Positions 39,694-50,045 of a stretch of 64,000 bases of DNA are shown in pieces. The stretch is from Nitrospirota bacterium. Lineage in GTDB: Bacteria > Nitrospirota > UBA9217. Below the pieces are notes generated by a model. That model did no database searches. It was given only the letters and a program-made list of their open reading frames with translations, and was not told where the DNA came from. The stretch's first letter is position 1. Each line of letters begins with the position of its first letter. Where the stretch lies: contig CAVWHO010000004.1 of NCBI GenBank assembly GCA_963754875.1, positions 1 to 64,000 on the forward strand. Reading direction: 5' to 3'. Both the position numbers and the translations under genes were made by a program.

Positions 39694-41685
39694 TTAGAGC
39701 GCCTCTGCCTTCGCAGTGCTGTGGACAGCGGTAATGTGGGTTTCAGCAAGCTCCTCTTCAGCTATGTTGAATTTTTCATTCACCAGCGATTCTATTTCAC
39801 TGATGAGGGACATCGCATCCATTTTGTGTTCCTTTAACAGGTATTGTTTGCTTGCACCGTGGCTGAAGGTATCCTTGAGCCCGATTCGTATGAGTTTCTT
39901 CGCACAACCCGTTTCCGCCATCTTCTCGGCAATGATCGACCCCAAACCGCCGACGATCGTATGGTTCTCCATCGTGATCACGCCGTGGCGCGTACGTGCA
40001 ATCGCATCAAGTATTGACTGATCGTTGAACGGCTTTAAGGTGGAGACGTGCATGTGCTGGATCGAAATCCCACGTTTTTTGAGCACCTGGACCGCCCTCA
40101 TCGCCTCTTCGGTCATGATGCCGGTGGTCAGGAGCGTTACATCCGTCCCCTCCGAGATCACCCGCGACTTTCCGAACTGCATCGGCTCGGTTTTATCGAA
40201 GAGACGCGGCATCTCGCCCCGCAGCATGCGTACATATACCGGACCATTGATGCCCTGCATGACATCGAGCACGGACTCGACGTCGGTTGCATCACCGCAT
40301 TCGAGCACCGTCATGTTCGGCAGCGAGCGCATGAGCGAAATGTCTTCGATTGCCTGGTGCGTCGCCCCGCCGGGCGTGGTTATCCCCGGTAGAAATCCGA
40401 TCATGCGTACGGGAAGGTTCGGATAAGCCACGGACATGGCGATCTGATCAAAAGCCCTTCTATAGATAAAGACCGCAAAGGTATGCACAAAGGGAATAAA
40501 ACCTTCCCGCGCGAGGCCTGCAGCAAAGCTCAGCATGTTCTGTTCGGCGATCCCCATGGACAGGAACCGGTCAGGATAGGTGTCGCGGAAAAGATCGATC
40601 TCCGTAGAACTCGTGAGATCAGCGGAAAGTACGAGGACGTTGGGTTTGTCCGCCGCCCACTTGACGATATTTTTCGCATGTACCCTGGTCACGATCTCAG
40701 GGCCATTTTGCGATTTCGGCTGCGACGCGGGCTTCTTCAGCTCAACCGTGCTTTCTTTGCCCCACAATTCGGCACAGGCGGATACATAGCGGTTCCTTTC
40801 CTCTTCAGAGGAGAAGCGAACGTAATGCATCTTCGGCGCCCGCGCTTTAAGGATATCAAGCCCTCTCGCCGCATCGGTATCGCACAGCACAACAACAGGC
40901 CTGCCGTCCGGCGAGACTTCTCCGGCAGCGGCCAGTTTTTTAATGTCATGACCGTTCACGCGGAATACACGGCAGCCGAAGGCTTCGAGTCTCTTGTCCA
41001 ATGGTTCTATGTCCATGACCGCGCACATCTTGCCGTCGCACTGGAAGCCGTTCACGTCCACGTAGATGAGAACGTTGTCGAGCATATGAAAGGACATTGA
41101 CTGGAGCGCTTCCCAGGTCTGGCCGATCTGGAATTCGCCGTCGGACATGAACACGAACACGCGTCCCTTCTCGCCCTTTCTCTTTCTGGCCATGGCAATG
41201 CCCGCCGCCTGGCTGGCACCCTGGCCGAGCGAGCCGGTCATTGTCTCCATGCCCGGCGAATGCTCGGCGCCGATCATCTCTACGCTGCTTCCGTCTTTAT
41301 TGAACTGGAGAAGGCCTTCCTCTGCCATACGGCCCGTCTCGATGAGGGTCGCGTACAAGACGAGAGCATACTGGGCAGGAGAGAGGAAAAACCTATCACG
41401 ATGTTTACCGGGGCCGTTGAACGAGGCGCCCGTAAAATAATGCGGATTATTGGGACCGGGCACTCCGGGAAAAGGCTGCGGCACAAGGGGAGTCTCTATT
41501 TTCCCGAGGTCCATGACCTTCACGTAGAGCGTTGCCATGATCTCGGCAGACGAACATGCCTGAGAGAGATACCCGCCGTTGTTCTTTATAGTATGCTCCA
41601 GTACGCGCCGCCGGATTCCGGCTGCAACGCGTTTAACTTCGTCCTGCCATAATGGAGATTCCTTTTTTTTGGCTGATGCCTTCAT
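39694..41685 (-). CDS. Transketolase-like ThDP enzyme, N- and C-terminal subunits fused
   Basis: TGSLGQG, SDGE...N ThDP motif, GIAEQNM, GATHQ; start placed at MKASA. Confidence 0.9.
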   Translation of the reverse strand: MKASAKKKESPLWQDEVKRVAAGIRRRVLEHTIKNNGGYLSQACSSAEIMATLYVKVMDLGKIETPLVPQPFPGVPGPNNPHYFTGASFNGPGKHRDRFFLSPAQYALVLYATLIETGRMAEEGLLQFNKDGSSVEMIGAEHSPGMETMTGSLGQGASQAAGIAMARKRKGEKGRVFVFMSDGEFQIGQTWEALQSMSFHMLDNVLIYVDVNGFQCDGKMCAVMDIEPLDKRLEAFGCRVFRVNGHDIKKLAAAGEVSPDGRPVVVLCDTDAARGLDILKARAPKMHYVRFSSEEERNRYVSACAELWGKESTVELKKPASQPKSQNGPEIVTRVHAKNIVKWAADKPNVLVLSADLTSSTEIDLFRDTYPDRFLSMGIAEQNMLSFAAGLAREGFIPFVHTFAVFIYRRAFDQIAMSVAYPNLPVRMIGFLPGITTPGGATHQAIEDISLMRSLPNMTVLECGDATDVESVLDVMQGINGPVYVRMLRGEMPRLFDKTEPMQFGKSRVISEGTDVTLLTTGIMTEEAMRAVQVLKKRGISIQHMHVSTLKPFNDQSILDAIARTRHGVITMENHTIVGGLGSIIAEKMAETGCAKKLIRIGLKDTFSHGASKQYLLKEHKMDAMSLISEIESLVNEKFNIAEEELAETHITAVHSTAKAEAL

Positions 41686-41801
41686 AGCTCCCGAACGTCT
41701 CCTTGAAAATATCATCTAAACACAAAGGTCTTAAAAAATACCTGTTCTGCTGGTACTCACACTATGCTCCGAGGAACAGGGTCTCCTGTTTAATGGCGTT
41801 G

Positions 41802-41830
41802 ATTATCACGCAAGGCAAGATGAGAGTCAA
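41802..41830 (-). promoter_or_regulatory. Sigma-70 promoter of the transketolase gene
   Basis: Minus strand TTGACT-17-GATAAT. Confidence 0.6.
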
Positions 41831-41893
41831 GGTGAAATTGCCCCGAGAAGGTATCGCTGCAAGAGGGCATCGTAAAGAATGAAGCAGCAGAAA

Positions 41894-42652
41894 TTATCCA
41901 CGCGCATGCATATTGATCATACCGATGGGATTCGGCGAGCGACGGCTATACCCCTTCTGTTGTATCACCATATCCAGCGGCAGGCTCATGAGATCGGCCA
42001 GGTCCGGACCGAAGCGGGAGAGTAATTCCGGTTCCACATTTTTCACATAGGATTTACACGCATCGCAGGTATGGACGGAAAAGCCTTCTTCGCCCGTAAA
42101 TGTAAAGATATTCATCTGCGCTGTGTCCTGATTAAGACACACGGGACATTGTGCCCGCAGGGCCTCTCCGCTTGTTCCGCAGAACGAGCAGTAAAACCCC
42201 TTCCTGCCGTCCTTTGTCAGGGAAGATAACGACGGTTGAGCATTACACACGGGACATTTCCCCTCTTCCCATAATCTGTTGTTGAGATTGCAAGCCTCGC
42301 TCAATGCAAGGAAGAAAGGCTTGCTCACCAGAAAGAGGATCATTGCCAGGTCCTCCTCGGCATAGGGGAGTGAAAAGGCGGGCACTTCGCGCAAGGGCAG
42401 TCTTGTAAAATCGATTTCCCCCAGCTCCAGGGCCTGTTTGAGCGGAGAAAGTGTCCCCTCGGGAAGTTCGAGCGCACGCGAAAAAATGTCCACGATCCTG
42501 TCAACGACATCAGGAGAATATGCAATCTGAGCGGGCTTCGCGGAGACCGTCAATTCTTTTGCTGCATCCATGAACCTTACGGCCTTTTCATAAAACCGGA
42601 GAGGGTCAGCGAGGTGCGGCTTCTTTTTGATAAGTTCTTCGATTATGTCCAT
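41894..42652 (-). CDS. fdhE: FdhE-family protein
   Basis: CPVC, CSFC, CPVC, CDAC..Y.K and DLMSLPLD...GY; start placed at MDIIEE. Confidence 0.82.
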   Translation of the reverse strand: MDIIEELIKKKPHLADPLRFYEKAVRFMDAAKELTVSAKPAQIAYSPDVVDRIVDIFSRALELPEGTLSPLKQALELGEIDFTRLPLREVPAFSLPYAEEDLAMILFLVSKPFFLALSEACNLNNRLWEEGKCPVCNAQPSLSSLTKDGRKGFYCSFCGTSGEALRAQCPVCLNQDTAQMNIFTFTGEEGFSVHTCDACKSYVKNVEPELLSRFGPDLADLMSLPLDMVIQQKGYSRRSPNPIGMINMHARG

Positions 42653-42788
42653 GACGACCTCATCTGTCATCGCTGAGAGGTAAACAGTAGCGCGCCTACA
42701 ATACACCACAGCGACCTCTGCGTCCTCTGCGGCAAATATTGATTTTTCTGTTTTCCTGAATTTTCTCTGATACCGGCAACGCTGAGCT

Positions 42789-43847
42789 TTATGGCACTTT
42801 TGGATAGTCGAAAGCTGTCTCTTCGCTGCTCAACGCTTCAGTAAGAAACGTCTTGAGATAATTCTTTTCCGTATTACTCAAACCCAGCGGTTTGAGCGCG
42901 GGATTTTCCTTGCCGCCGCCCTTGTCGAAAAAATCGATCACGTCATCAAGCGTCTGGAAAATACCATTATGCATGTACGGCGCGGTCTTCGCGATTTCGC
43001 GCAACGTCGGCGTCCTGAAGGCTTTCCAGTCTTTTTTGTCCTTCGTGATCAGGAACCTGCCCGGATCTTCGGCCAGGTTCCGGTACTCTTCGTAGTGATA
43101 AATTTTGGCCACGTACCGACGCGTGGTCGCCATGCGCGAATCGCCCTGGTGGTCGGGGTTCTCGGGCACGTTCAGGGCATGGAAATTGTCATCTGACAGG
43201 TTAACGCCGTAGTGGCACTCCCCGCACCTGCCCTTGCCCATGAAGAGCACGAGCCCCTTTTGGGCCGCGTCGGACAGGGCCTTTTTGTCGCCCTTCAGGT
43301 AACGGTCGAGCGGTGTATTCACGGAGACGATCGTCCGCTCAAAGGAGGCGATGGCCATGGCGATCCGCTCCCGTGACGGTTCGTCGCCGAAGACTTCTGG
43401 AACGCATCGACATACTCCGGCACCGACCGGATCACTTCCTCGACGAAATCGAGGTTGCGGTTCATCTCGAATGCCGACATCATCGGGAACAGGGCCTGGT
43501 CCTCGAGCGTCAGGGCGCGGCCGTCAAAAAAAAGATATTTCTGAAACGCCACGTTGACGAGCGTCGGAGCATTCCGCCAATTCTTCGTCGTGGGATAGCT
43601 GAGGGAAATGTCAAGGCCGTCGGTAAAGGTCTTCTCCGGGTCATGACAGGTGGCACAGCTCATGGTCCCGTCGCCGGAAAGCCTCCGGTCAAAGAACAGT
43701 TTTTTCCCGAGTTCTATCTTCTCCGGCGTCTGCGGGTTTTGCTCGGGCACCGGAACGGACTTGAACGGTTCGAGGTTTCCGGCGAGCGCTGTGCGAGCCA
43801 CGATAGTCACAATTCGCTAGCGGTCCGTGAATAGTCGAGAACAACAT
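42789..43847 (-). CDS. Di-haem cytochrome c peroxidase/MauG-family protein, frameshifts near 43820 and 43395
   Basis: LGKKLFFD.RLS, CATCH, RNAPT, CGECH, FRTPTLR, APYMHNG. Confidence 0.88.
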
Positions 43848-43869
43848 GGTCCTGAACTCCTCTGCACTT

Positions 43870-44457
43870 TTAATTGCGGATCGCGAGCTCTTCATCGATG
43901 ATCTTTTTGAAATACGAAAAAGGTCGCTCGCCGATGACCTTACGTCCATTGATGAAAAAGGTCGGCGTATTATAGAGGTCCAGATCAACGGCCAGTTTCT
44001 TGTCCCGTTCGATTTCCTGCGCATGCTTTTTGGCGTCGAGCGATTGCGTAAACTTCTTCACATCTAGCCCGAGTTCACGTGCGTACGCGATGAGGCTCTC
44101 CCGGTCGAGTTTCGGCGATCGTTTGAGCAAGAAGTCGTGCATCTCCCAGTACTTGCCCTGGTCGCGCGCATCGAGTGACGCCTCAGCTGCCTGGTGGGAA
44201 TAGTCGCGGTAGATGTAGGGATAGTTCTTGATCACCAGCCGGACTTTTGCTTTATACCTGTCCACGATCTTTTTGACGGTCGGACCGGCCGCCACGCAGT
44301 GCGGTCACTGGAAATCGAGAAATTCAATGATGGTCACCGGAGCGTCAGCAGGGCCGAGCGTCGGGGAATCATTGATAGGGACCGAGTAGCGTTTATCCTC
44401 TGCCGCGACATTCCCGCTAAGAAGGATGATCAGGACAACGAGCACAAGTCGTCTCAT
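43870..44457 (-). CDS. DsbA/Com1-like thioredoxin-fold selenoprotein (UxxC), 195 aa
   Basis: AAGGAG RBS, signal peptide, GPADAPVTIIEFLDFQ-TGA-PHC in frame with the track ORF 43870..44295; TPTFFING; hairpin begins 11 nt after the TGA. Confidence 0.9.
44275..44307 (-). promoter_or_regulatory. In-frame UGA (44307-44305) and candidate bacterial SECIS hairpin
   Basis: TGA CCGCACTGCGT GGCGGCCGGTCCGACCGTC; stem GGCGG/CCGTC with an apical G. Confidence 0.75.
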
Positions 44458-44624
44458 TCTACGGCTCCTTCAGAGAACATCTTCCCGCAAGGCTCATACC
44501 GCACGATTCGTGAAAAGAAAAACCATTTGCAGTCTGACAACCACAAATGGGTTTGCTGATTTTTCCGCCTCCCCTGTTGCCCGAACTATACGCGCCTTCC
44601 ACATCATGATGACCATCTGCGTAT

Positions 44625-44653
44625 ATTATAGGTTCCAACAGGGAGCCTGTCAA
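44625..44653 (-). promoter_or_regulatory. Consensus sigma-70 promoter upstream of the selenoprotein operon
   Basis: Minus strand TTGACA-17-TATAAT. Confidence 0.8.
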
Positions 44654-44929
44654 GCGACGGGGCTTCTGTGTCAAAGGCAAAAGAGCGGCTCAATAGTAGC
44701 TCTGCGCGAAAAGAGCACGAGAAATTTCCCCTTGTTCCCCGCATGGATGATCCGAATAATCTCCTCGAAAAGGGCAGCCCCGAGAAGAGAATGTTGAATT
44801 TTCCTCACAGGAAGGGGAAGTTGTCGCTTTGACTGTTCGGGAAAATTGATTGAAGTGAAGAAACCCCAGGGAGAGGATGTTTGCATTTGCTCTCCCCGGG
44901 GGGAGAAAGCTTCTGTTGCGAAACCGGGC

Positions 44930-46906
44930 CTATAATTTACCTTTGACGAGGCTATCGACAACACTGGGATCTGCCAGGGTCGAGGTATCGCCCAGCTCGT
45001 CCACCTGGTTGTGCGCGATCTTCCGGAGGATACGGCGCATGATCTTGCCGCTCCGCGTCTTCGGCAGGCCGGGCGCGAACTGGATCTTGTCCGGCGTAGC
45101 GATGGGGCCGATGACCGAACGCACGTGGCCGGCAAGGATCTTCTTGAGCTCCTCGGACGGCGTCTGACCTTCCTTCAAGGTAACGTACACATAAATGCCT
45201 TCACCCTTGATGTCGTGCGGGTATCCGACCACGGCCGCCTCGGCAACCGCTTCATGGCTGACCAGCGCGGATTCGACCTCTGCCGTGCCAAGCCTGTGTC
45301 CCGAAACGTTGATCACGTCGTCCACGCGGCCCATGAGCCAGTAGTCGCCGTCCTCATCGAACCGGGCGCCGTCTCCCGTGAAGTACCTGCCGGGGAACCG
45401 GCTGAAATAGACTTCTTTGATGCGCTTGTTCTCGGGATCGCCGTAGGTGCCCCGCAGCATGCCGGGCCAGGGCTTATTGATGCAGAGGTAGCCGCCTTCG
45501 TTCGCCTTGGCAGGCTTGCCGTCTTCTTTGACCACTTGCGGCACGACGCCGGGGAAGGGCTTCGTTGCCGAACCGGGCTTGGCCGTTATAGCACCGGGAA
45601 GCCCCGTGATCAGGATCCCGCCGGTTTCGGTCTGCCACCACGTGTCTACGATCGGCACCTTTTCCTTGCCGATGTTTTTGTGGTACCACATCCAGGCCTC
45701 GGGGTTGATCGGTTCTCCCACGGTGCCCAGGACCTTGATCGACGAAAGGTCGTGATTCCCTACCCACTTCTCGCCTTCTTTCATCAGCGCCCGGATCGCC
45801 GTCGGAGCCGTGTAAAAAATATTTACCTTGTGTTTGTCCACGATGTCCCAGAACCGGCCCGGGTTCGGGTAGGTCGGGATGCCTTCGAACATCAGGCTCG
45901 TGGCGCCCGCGGACAGCGGTCCGTACACGATGTAGCTATGGCCCGTGACCCAGCCGATGTCGGCGGTGCAGAAGTGGATGTCCTCGTCATGATAGTCGAA
46001 AATCCACTTAAAGGTGAGATTAGTAAACAGCAGGTAGCCCGCCGTCGTGTGGAGCACACCCTTGGGCTTGCCCGTGGAACCCGACGTATAGAGAATGAAG
46101 AGCGGGTCTTCCGCATCCATCTTCTCGGGCTCGCAGTACAAGGCGATGTCGGGGGCGTTCATCTCCTCGTGCCACCACGTGTCCCGGTTCGGCTCCATGC
46201 TGGTCTTATTGGTCTTGGCATGGGGCACCACGATGACGTCCTTGACCTTGGGGCATTCGTGGAGGGCCTCGTCGGCGTTGGCCTTCATCGCCACGAAGCG
46301 GCCGCCGCGCACGCCTTCATCGGAAGTGATGAGCAGCGTGGACTCGCAGTCCTGGATCCGGTCCCTGAGCGATTTGGCGGAAAATCCGCCGAATACGATG
46401 CTGTGGATCGCGCCGATCCTGGCGCAGGCAAGCATGGCGATCGGAAGTTCGGGGATCATGGGAAGGTAGATCGTGACCCGGTCGCCCTTCTTGACGCCTT
46501 TCTTCTTCAGGACGTTCGCAAACTTGTTGACCTCGTAATACAGCTGCTGGTACGTGTAGGTCCGGTATGTGCCCCCGTCGGCTTCCCAGATGATGGCAGC
46601 CTTGTTGCGAACGGGCGTATCGATATAGCGGTCCAGACAGTTCACCGAGACATTGAGCTTTCCGCCGACAAACCACTTGATGTAGGGCTTCGTGAAATCA
46701 TAGTCCAGCACCTTGTCCCATTTCTTGTACCACGTCAGGTGCTTTTCCGCCATTTCTCCCCAGAATTTTTCCGGTTTGTCGATGGATTGCTTGTAAAGCT
46801 GCTCATATTCCTTCATATTCTTGATATGGGCTTTTTTGCTGAACTCCTTCGATGGCGGAAAGGTCCTCTTTTCCGTCGATAAAACCTGAAAGCTGTCAGT
46901 TGACAT
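44930..46906 (-). CDS. acs: Acetyl-CoA synthetase (AMP-forming)
   Basis: [31 protein letters not shown]. Confidence 0.97.
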   Translation of the reverse strand: MSTDSFQVLSTEKRTFPPSKEFSKKAHIKNMKEYEQLYKQSIDKPEKFWGEMAEKHLTWYKKWDKVLDYDFTKPYIKWFVGGKLNVSVNCLDRYIDTPVRNKAAIIWEADGGTYRTYTYQQLYYEVNKFANVLKKKGVKKGDRVTIYLPMIPELPIAMLACARIGAIHSIVFGGFSAKSLRDRIQDCESTLLITSDEGVRGGRFVAMKANADEALHECPKVKDVIVVPHAKTNKTSMEPNRDTWWHEEMNAPDIALYCEPEKMDAEDPLFILYTSGSTGKPKGVLHTTAGYLLFTNLTFKWIFDYHDEDIHFCTADIGWVTGHSYIVYGPLSAGATSLMFEGIPTYPNPGRFWDIVDKHKVNIFYTAPTAIRALMKEGEKWVGNHDLSSIKVLGTVGEPINPEAWMWYHKNIGKEKVPIVDTWWQTETGGILITGLPGAITAKPGSATKPFPGVVPQVVKEDGKPAKANEGGYLCINKPWPGMLRGTYGDPENKRIKEVYFSRFPGRYFTGDGARFDEDGDYWLMGRVDDVINVSGHRLGTAEVESALVSHEAVAEAAVVGYPHDIKGEGIYVYVTLKEGQTPSEELKKILAGHVRSVIGPIATPDKIQFAPGLPKTRSGKIMRRILRKIAHNQVDELGDTSTLADPSVVDSLVKGKL

Positions 46907-47151
46907 TCCTCTCTCCTCCTTGATAGTGTCTCAACATAACGCCGGACAGAACCCATTCGCCCGACGCAATCAGAGCATACCACAAAAAAAGCCGCCTTGG
47001 TAGTGACGCGCGCCCCCGCTCAAATCGTTTTTCGGTTCTGTCCTGAAAAAAAAGAAGTGAATCGGTGACTGTGGAGGTGGGGGAACTCTCCACATGCTCT
47101 TCACCGATTCACTATGTTGCGGCTGGTCTTTACCGCGTTACGAGGAGAAGG

Positions 47152-48948
47152 TTATTCCGCACCGATGCCCACGTACTCCCGGACCTTCTCGGAGTCGAAC
47201 TTCTCCTGCGCCTCTTTGTCCGGCGACATGAGCGAGACAAGAATACCGATCAGGAAGGCCGCACCCATGGAGAAGATGCCCGGGTTCCTCATGGGGAAGA
47301 TCGCTTGAGGCATCTGGGACGCCACGTCCTTCTTTTTCGCAACCAGAGCTCCTTTGTCATTCATCTTCGCGTTGACCGATGACTGGATTTCCGCGTTCTT
47401 CTTCTCGGCAGCGAACATGTCCTTTTTTTTCATCTTGGCGATCGCATCAGTGCTCACCATCTTTTTTTGCAGATCAGTGATCTGGGTATCGACGCCGGCA
47501 GCTTCCGTGTCGATTCCCTTGATCTGTGCCGTCACGGCTGCCACATCAGCCTTATGGATGATTTCGACCCATATGGTGGGGCTCAACACGAGGAGTACCA
47601 CCGCAACGATCAAGCCGCCGTAGATGCTCGTCACCGCTCCGTAAGTCGTGAACTTCTTCCACATGATCGACATGAGCAAGGCCGGGAAGTTGGCGCTTGC
47701 GGCAATCGCAAAGGTCAGACCGACCAGGAAGGCGACGTTCTGTCCCTTGAACAGGATGCCGAGAAGGATTGCGCATATGCCGAGGCCGATGGTGGCGATC
47801 TTCGCGACCTTCACCTCTTCCTTCTCATTCGCGACGCCGCGGCGAATCACGCCCACATACAGGTCGTGAGACAGCGCGGATGCGCCGGCAAGGGTAAGAC
47901 CCGAGACCACTGCGAGGATCGTGGCAAAGGCCACGGCGGACAGGAAACCAAGGAAGATGTTCCCGCCGAGCGCCTCGGCGAGCAGCGGACCGGCCATGTT
48001 GCCGCCCGCGTCAATGCCCATGATGACCTTCTGGCCCACGAGAACGGCTGCGCCGAAACCGATCGTCACGGTCAGGATGTAGAAGTAGCCGATGAACCCG
48101 GTTGCGTAGAACACCGACTTGCGCGCCGTTTTCGCGTCAGGCACTGTGTAGAATCGCATGAGGATGTGCGGGAGACCGGCGGTGCCGAACATAAGAGCAA
48201 GGCCGAGGGAGAAAGCTTCCAGCGGACTGGTTACCAACCCGCCCGGCTCCAGGAACTTCTGCCCCAGCCCTGTTGCGGTAGATGCCTGCTTGAACAGATC
48301 GGCATAGCTGAACCCGAACTTTGCGAGGGTCATGATCGTGAGGAGCGTGGCGCCGCCGAGGAGCAGGCCTGCTTTTATGATCTGGACCCAGGTCGTGGCG
48401 ATCATGCCGCCGAAGATAACATAGCAGATCATGAGCGTACCGGTAAGCACGATGGCCAGCTCAAAGGGGAGACCGAACATGAGCTTGATCAGCGTGCCTG
48501 CGCCCACCATTTGCGCGATCAGGTAAGTGAGAACGACGATGAGCGAGCCTGCTGCCGCTGCCGCGCGAATGGGCCGCTGCTGGAGCCGGAAAGCGACGAC
48601 GTCGGCAAAGGTATATTTCCCGAGGTTACGGAGGGGCTCCGAGATGAGGAACATGATGATCGGCCATCCCACGAGCCAGCCCACGGAGTAGATGAGGCCG
48701 TCATAGCCCTTGGTGGACACGAGACCCGCGATGCCGAGGAACGATGCCGCGCTCATATAATCGCCGGCGAGGGCGAGCCCGTTCTGGAAACCCGTGATGT
48801 TTCTTCCTGCTGCATAAAAATCTTTCGTGGTTCTCGTCCGTTTTGCCGCCCACCAGGTGATCAAAAGAGTGGTAATGACGAAAAGAACGAAAAATGCTAT
48901 TGCAACTGGGTTAGCTTGTCCAATGATTGTCTGATGCATGTTATGCAC
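47152..48948 (-). CDS. actP: Cation/acetate symporter
   Basis: [27 protein letters not shown]; follows DUF485. Confidence 0.93.
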   Translation of the reverse strand: MHNMHQTIIGQANPVAIAFFVLFVITTLLITWWAAKRTRTTKDFYAAGRNITGFQNGLALAGDYMSAASFLGIAGLVSTKGYDGLIYSVGWLVGWPIIMFLISEPLRNLGKYTFADVVAFRLQQRPIRAAAAAGSLIVVLTYLIAQMVGAGTLIKLMFGLPFELAIVLTGTLMICYVIFGGMIATTWVQIIKAGLLLGGATLLTIMTLAKFGFSYADLFKQASTATGLGQKFLEPGGLVTSPLEAFSLGLALMFGTAGLPHILMRFYTVPDAKTARKSVFYATGFIGYFYILTVTIGFGAAVLVGQKVIMGIDAGGNMAGPLLAEALGGNIFLGFLSAVAFATILAVVSGLTLAGASALSHDLYVGVIRRGVANEKEEVKVAKIATIGLGICAILLGILFKGQNVAFLVGLTFAIAASANFPALLMSIMWKKFTTYGAVTSIYGGLIVAVVLLVLSPTIWVEIIHKADVAAVTAQIKGIDTEAAGVDTQITDLQKKMVSTDAIAKMKKKDMFAAEKKNAEIQSSVNAKMNDKGALVAKKKDVASQMPQAIFPMRNPGIFSMGAAFLIGILVSLMSPDKEAQEKFDSEKVREYVGIGAE

Positions 48949-49252
48949 CTACCTTTTCTATGACTCTTTTGACCATTTCGTCATATTTTGAGTTCGCCCA
49001 CCAGATATAAATCCCGGTGAATATCCATGACAGTACGATGGTTCCCACGGCGATGGGGATCCCGATCGTGGCTGCGCCGTCTGCGCTCATCTTCTGGGAA
49101 AGGAACGGCTTGTGTTCAGCGACAAGGTAAATGAACCCAAAGTAAAGCACCAATTCAAGGATCGTCAGGATCAGCGAAATGGTGTCCTTCTGACCGGACA
49201 GCTGTTGAAAATCGGGGTCGTTCAAGATGTCTTCCTTCTTAAACTTGCTCAT
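48941..49252 (-). CDS. DUF485 (YjcH-like) membrane protein
   Basis: Two TMs, [10 protein letters not shown]; overlaps the actP start. Confidence 0.88.
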   Translation of the reverse strand: MSKFKKEDILNDPDFQQLSGQKDTISLILTILELVLYFGFIYLVAEHKPFLSQKMSADGAATIGIPIAVGTIVLSWIFTGIYIWWANSKYDEMVKRVIEKVGA

Positions 49253-49286
49253 GATTCATCCTCCTTTTGGAATTAAGTATCTAGTC

Positions 49287-49991
49287 CTAAAAATTGCCGA
49301 ATTCGTTCGTTAGTTTGAAGCTATCACCCCCCTTAAATGGCGTTCCTCTTCGAAGGAGATCCTTGATGTCGGAGACCCCTGCTTCAGCGAGAAACGGAAG
49401 AAAGCGCTGAAACAGCTGGGCCGTGGTAAACGCATCCTTAATGGCGTTATGGGCGCCGTTCACGGGAATCCCGAAGCACTTGGCAATATCGAAAAGCCGG
49501 TATGCGTCGGGCGCAGTCTCAAAACAAGCGTGCGACAGGTTTCGTTTCCGGAGCCATTCGTAAATGCTGAATGTATCAATCACGGGATTCGAGATTGCGG
49601 CCCGCCCGGTCCGCAGGATCTCCCGGTTGAGAAAATTCAGATCAATGGAAACAAAATGACCGACAAGTACGGCGTCACCGCAAAATGCAAAAAAATCGTC
49701 AAGCACGAACTCAATGCCCGGCTCTGCTTTCACGTCCGACGGCGTGATCTCGTGGATCACCACGCTTTCCGCGGAGAGCGCCGTACGCGGGCTCACGAGC
49801 CGGTAGAACGTATTCCCGAGTTCAATCCTCCCGCCGGTCATGCGGACGGCCCCTATCGAAACGATGGAATCCTTTTTTTCGTCCAGACCGGTCAGTTCCG
49901 TGTCCACGACCACATAGGGCACCTCGGTTATAGGCGCTTTCTCGCTGATGCCCTGAAGCTTTTTTTTCTTTCCGCGGAACAGGCTGAACAT
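49287..49991 (-). CDS. DEDDh 3'-5' exonuclease-family protein
   Basis: VVDTELTG, VGHFVSID, HNAIKDA. Confidence 0.92.
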   Translation of the reverse strand: MFSLFRGKKKKLQGISEKAPITEVPYVVVDTELTGLDEKKDSIVSIGAVRMTGGRIELGNTFYRLVSPRTALSAESVVIHEITPSDVKAEPGIEFVLDDFFAFCGDAVLVGHFVSIDLNFLNREILRTGRAAISNPVIDTFSIYEWLRKRNLSHACFETAPDAYRLFDIAKCFGIPVNGAHNAIKDAFTTAQLFQRFLPFLAEAGVSDIKDLLRRGTPFKGGDSFKLTNEFGNF

Positions 49992-50045
49992 GCTCGGGAT
50001 CAGGGCAACCGTTTTGCCCGTTCCTTTCCAGGCGCTCCGGGACCA

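Noticed and set aside
45011..48963. Long plus-strand ORFs (623 aa, 498 aa; likewise 12929..14380, 21316..22284, 10134..11291, 49449..50621)
   Set aside because: They are antisense shadows of well-conserved minus-strand genes and carry no recognisable motifs.
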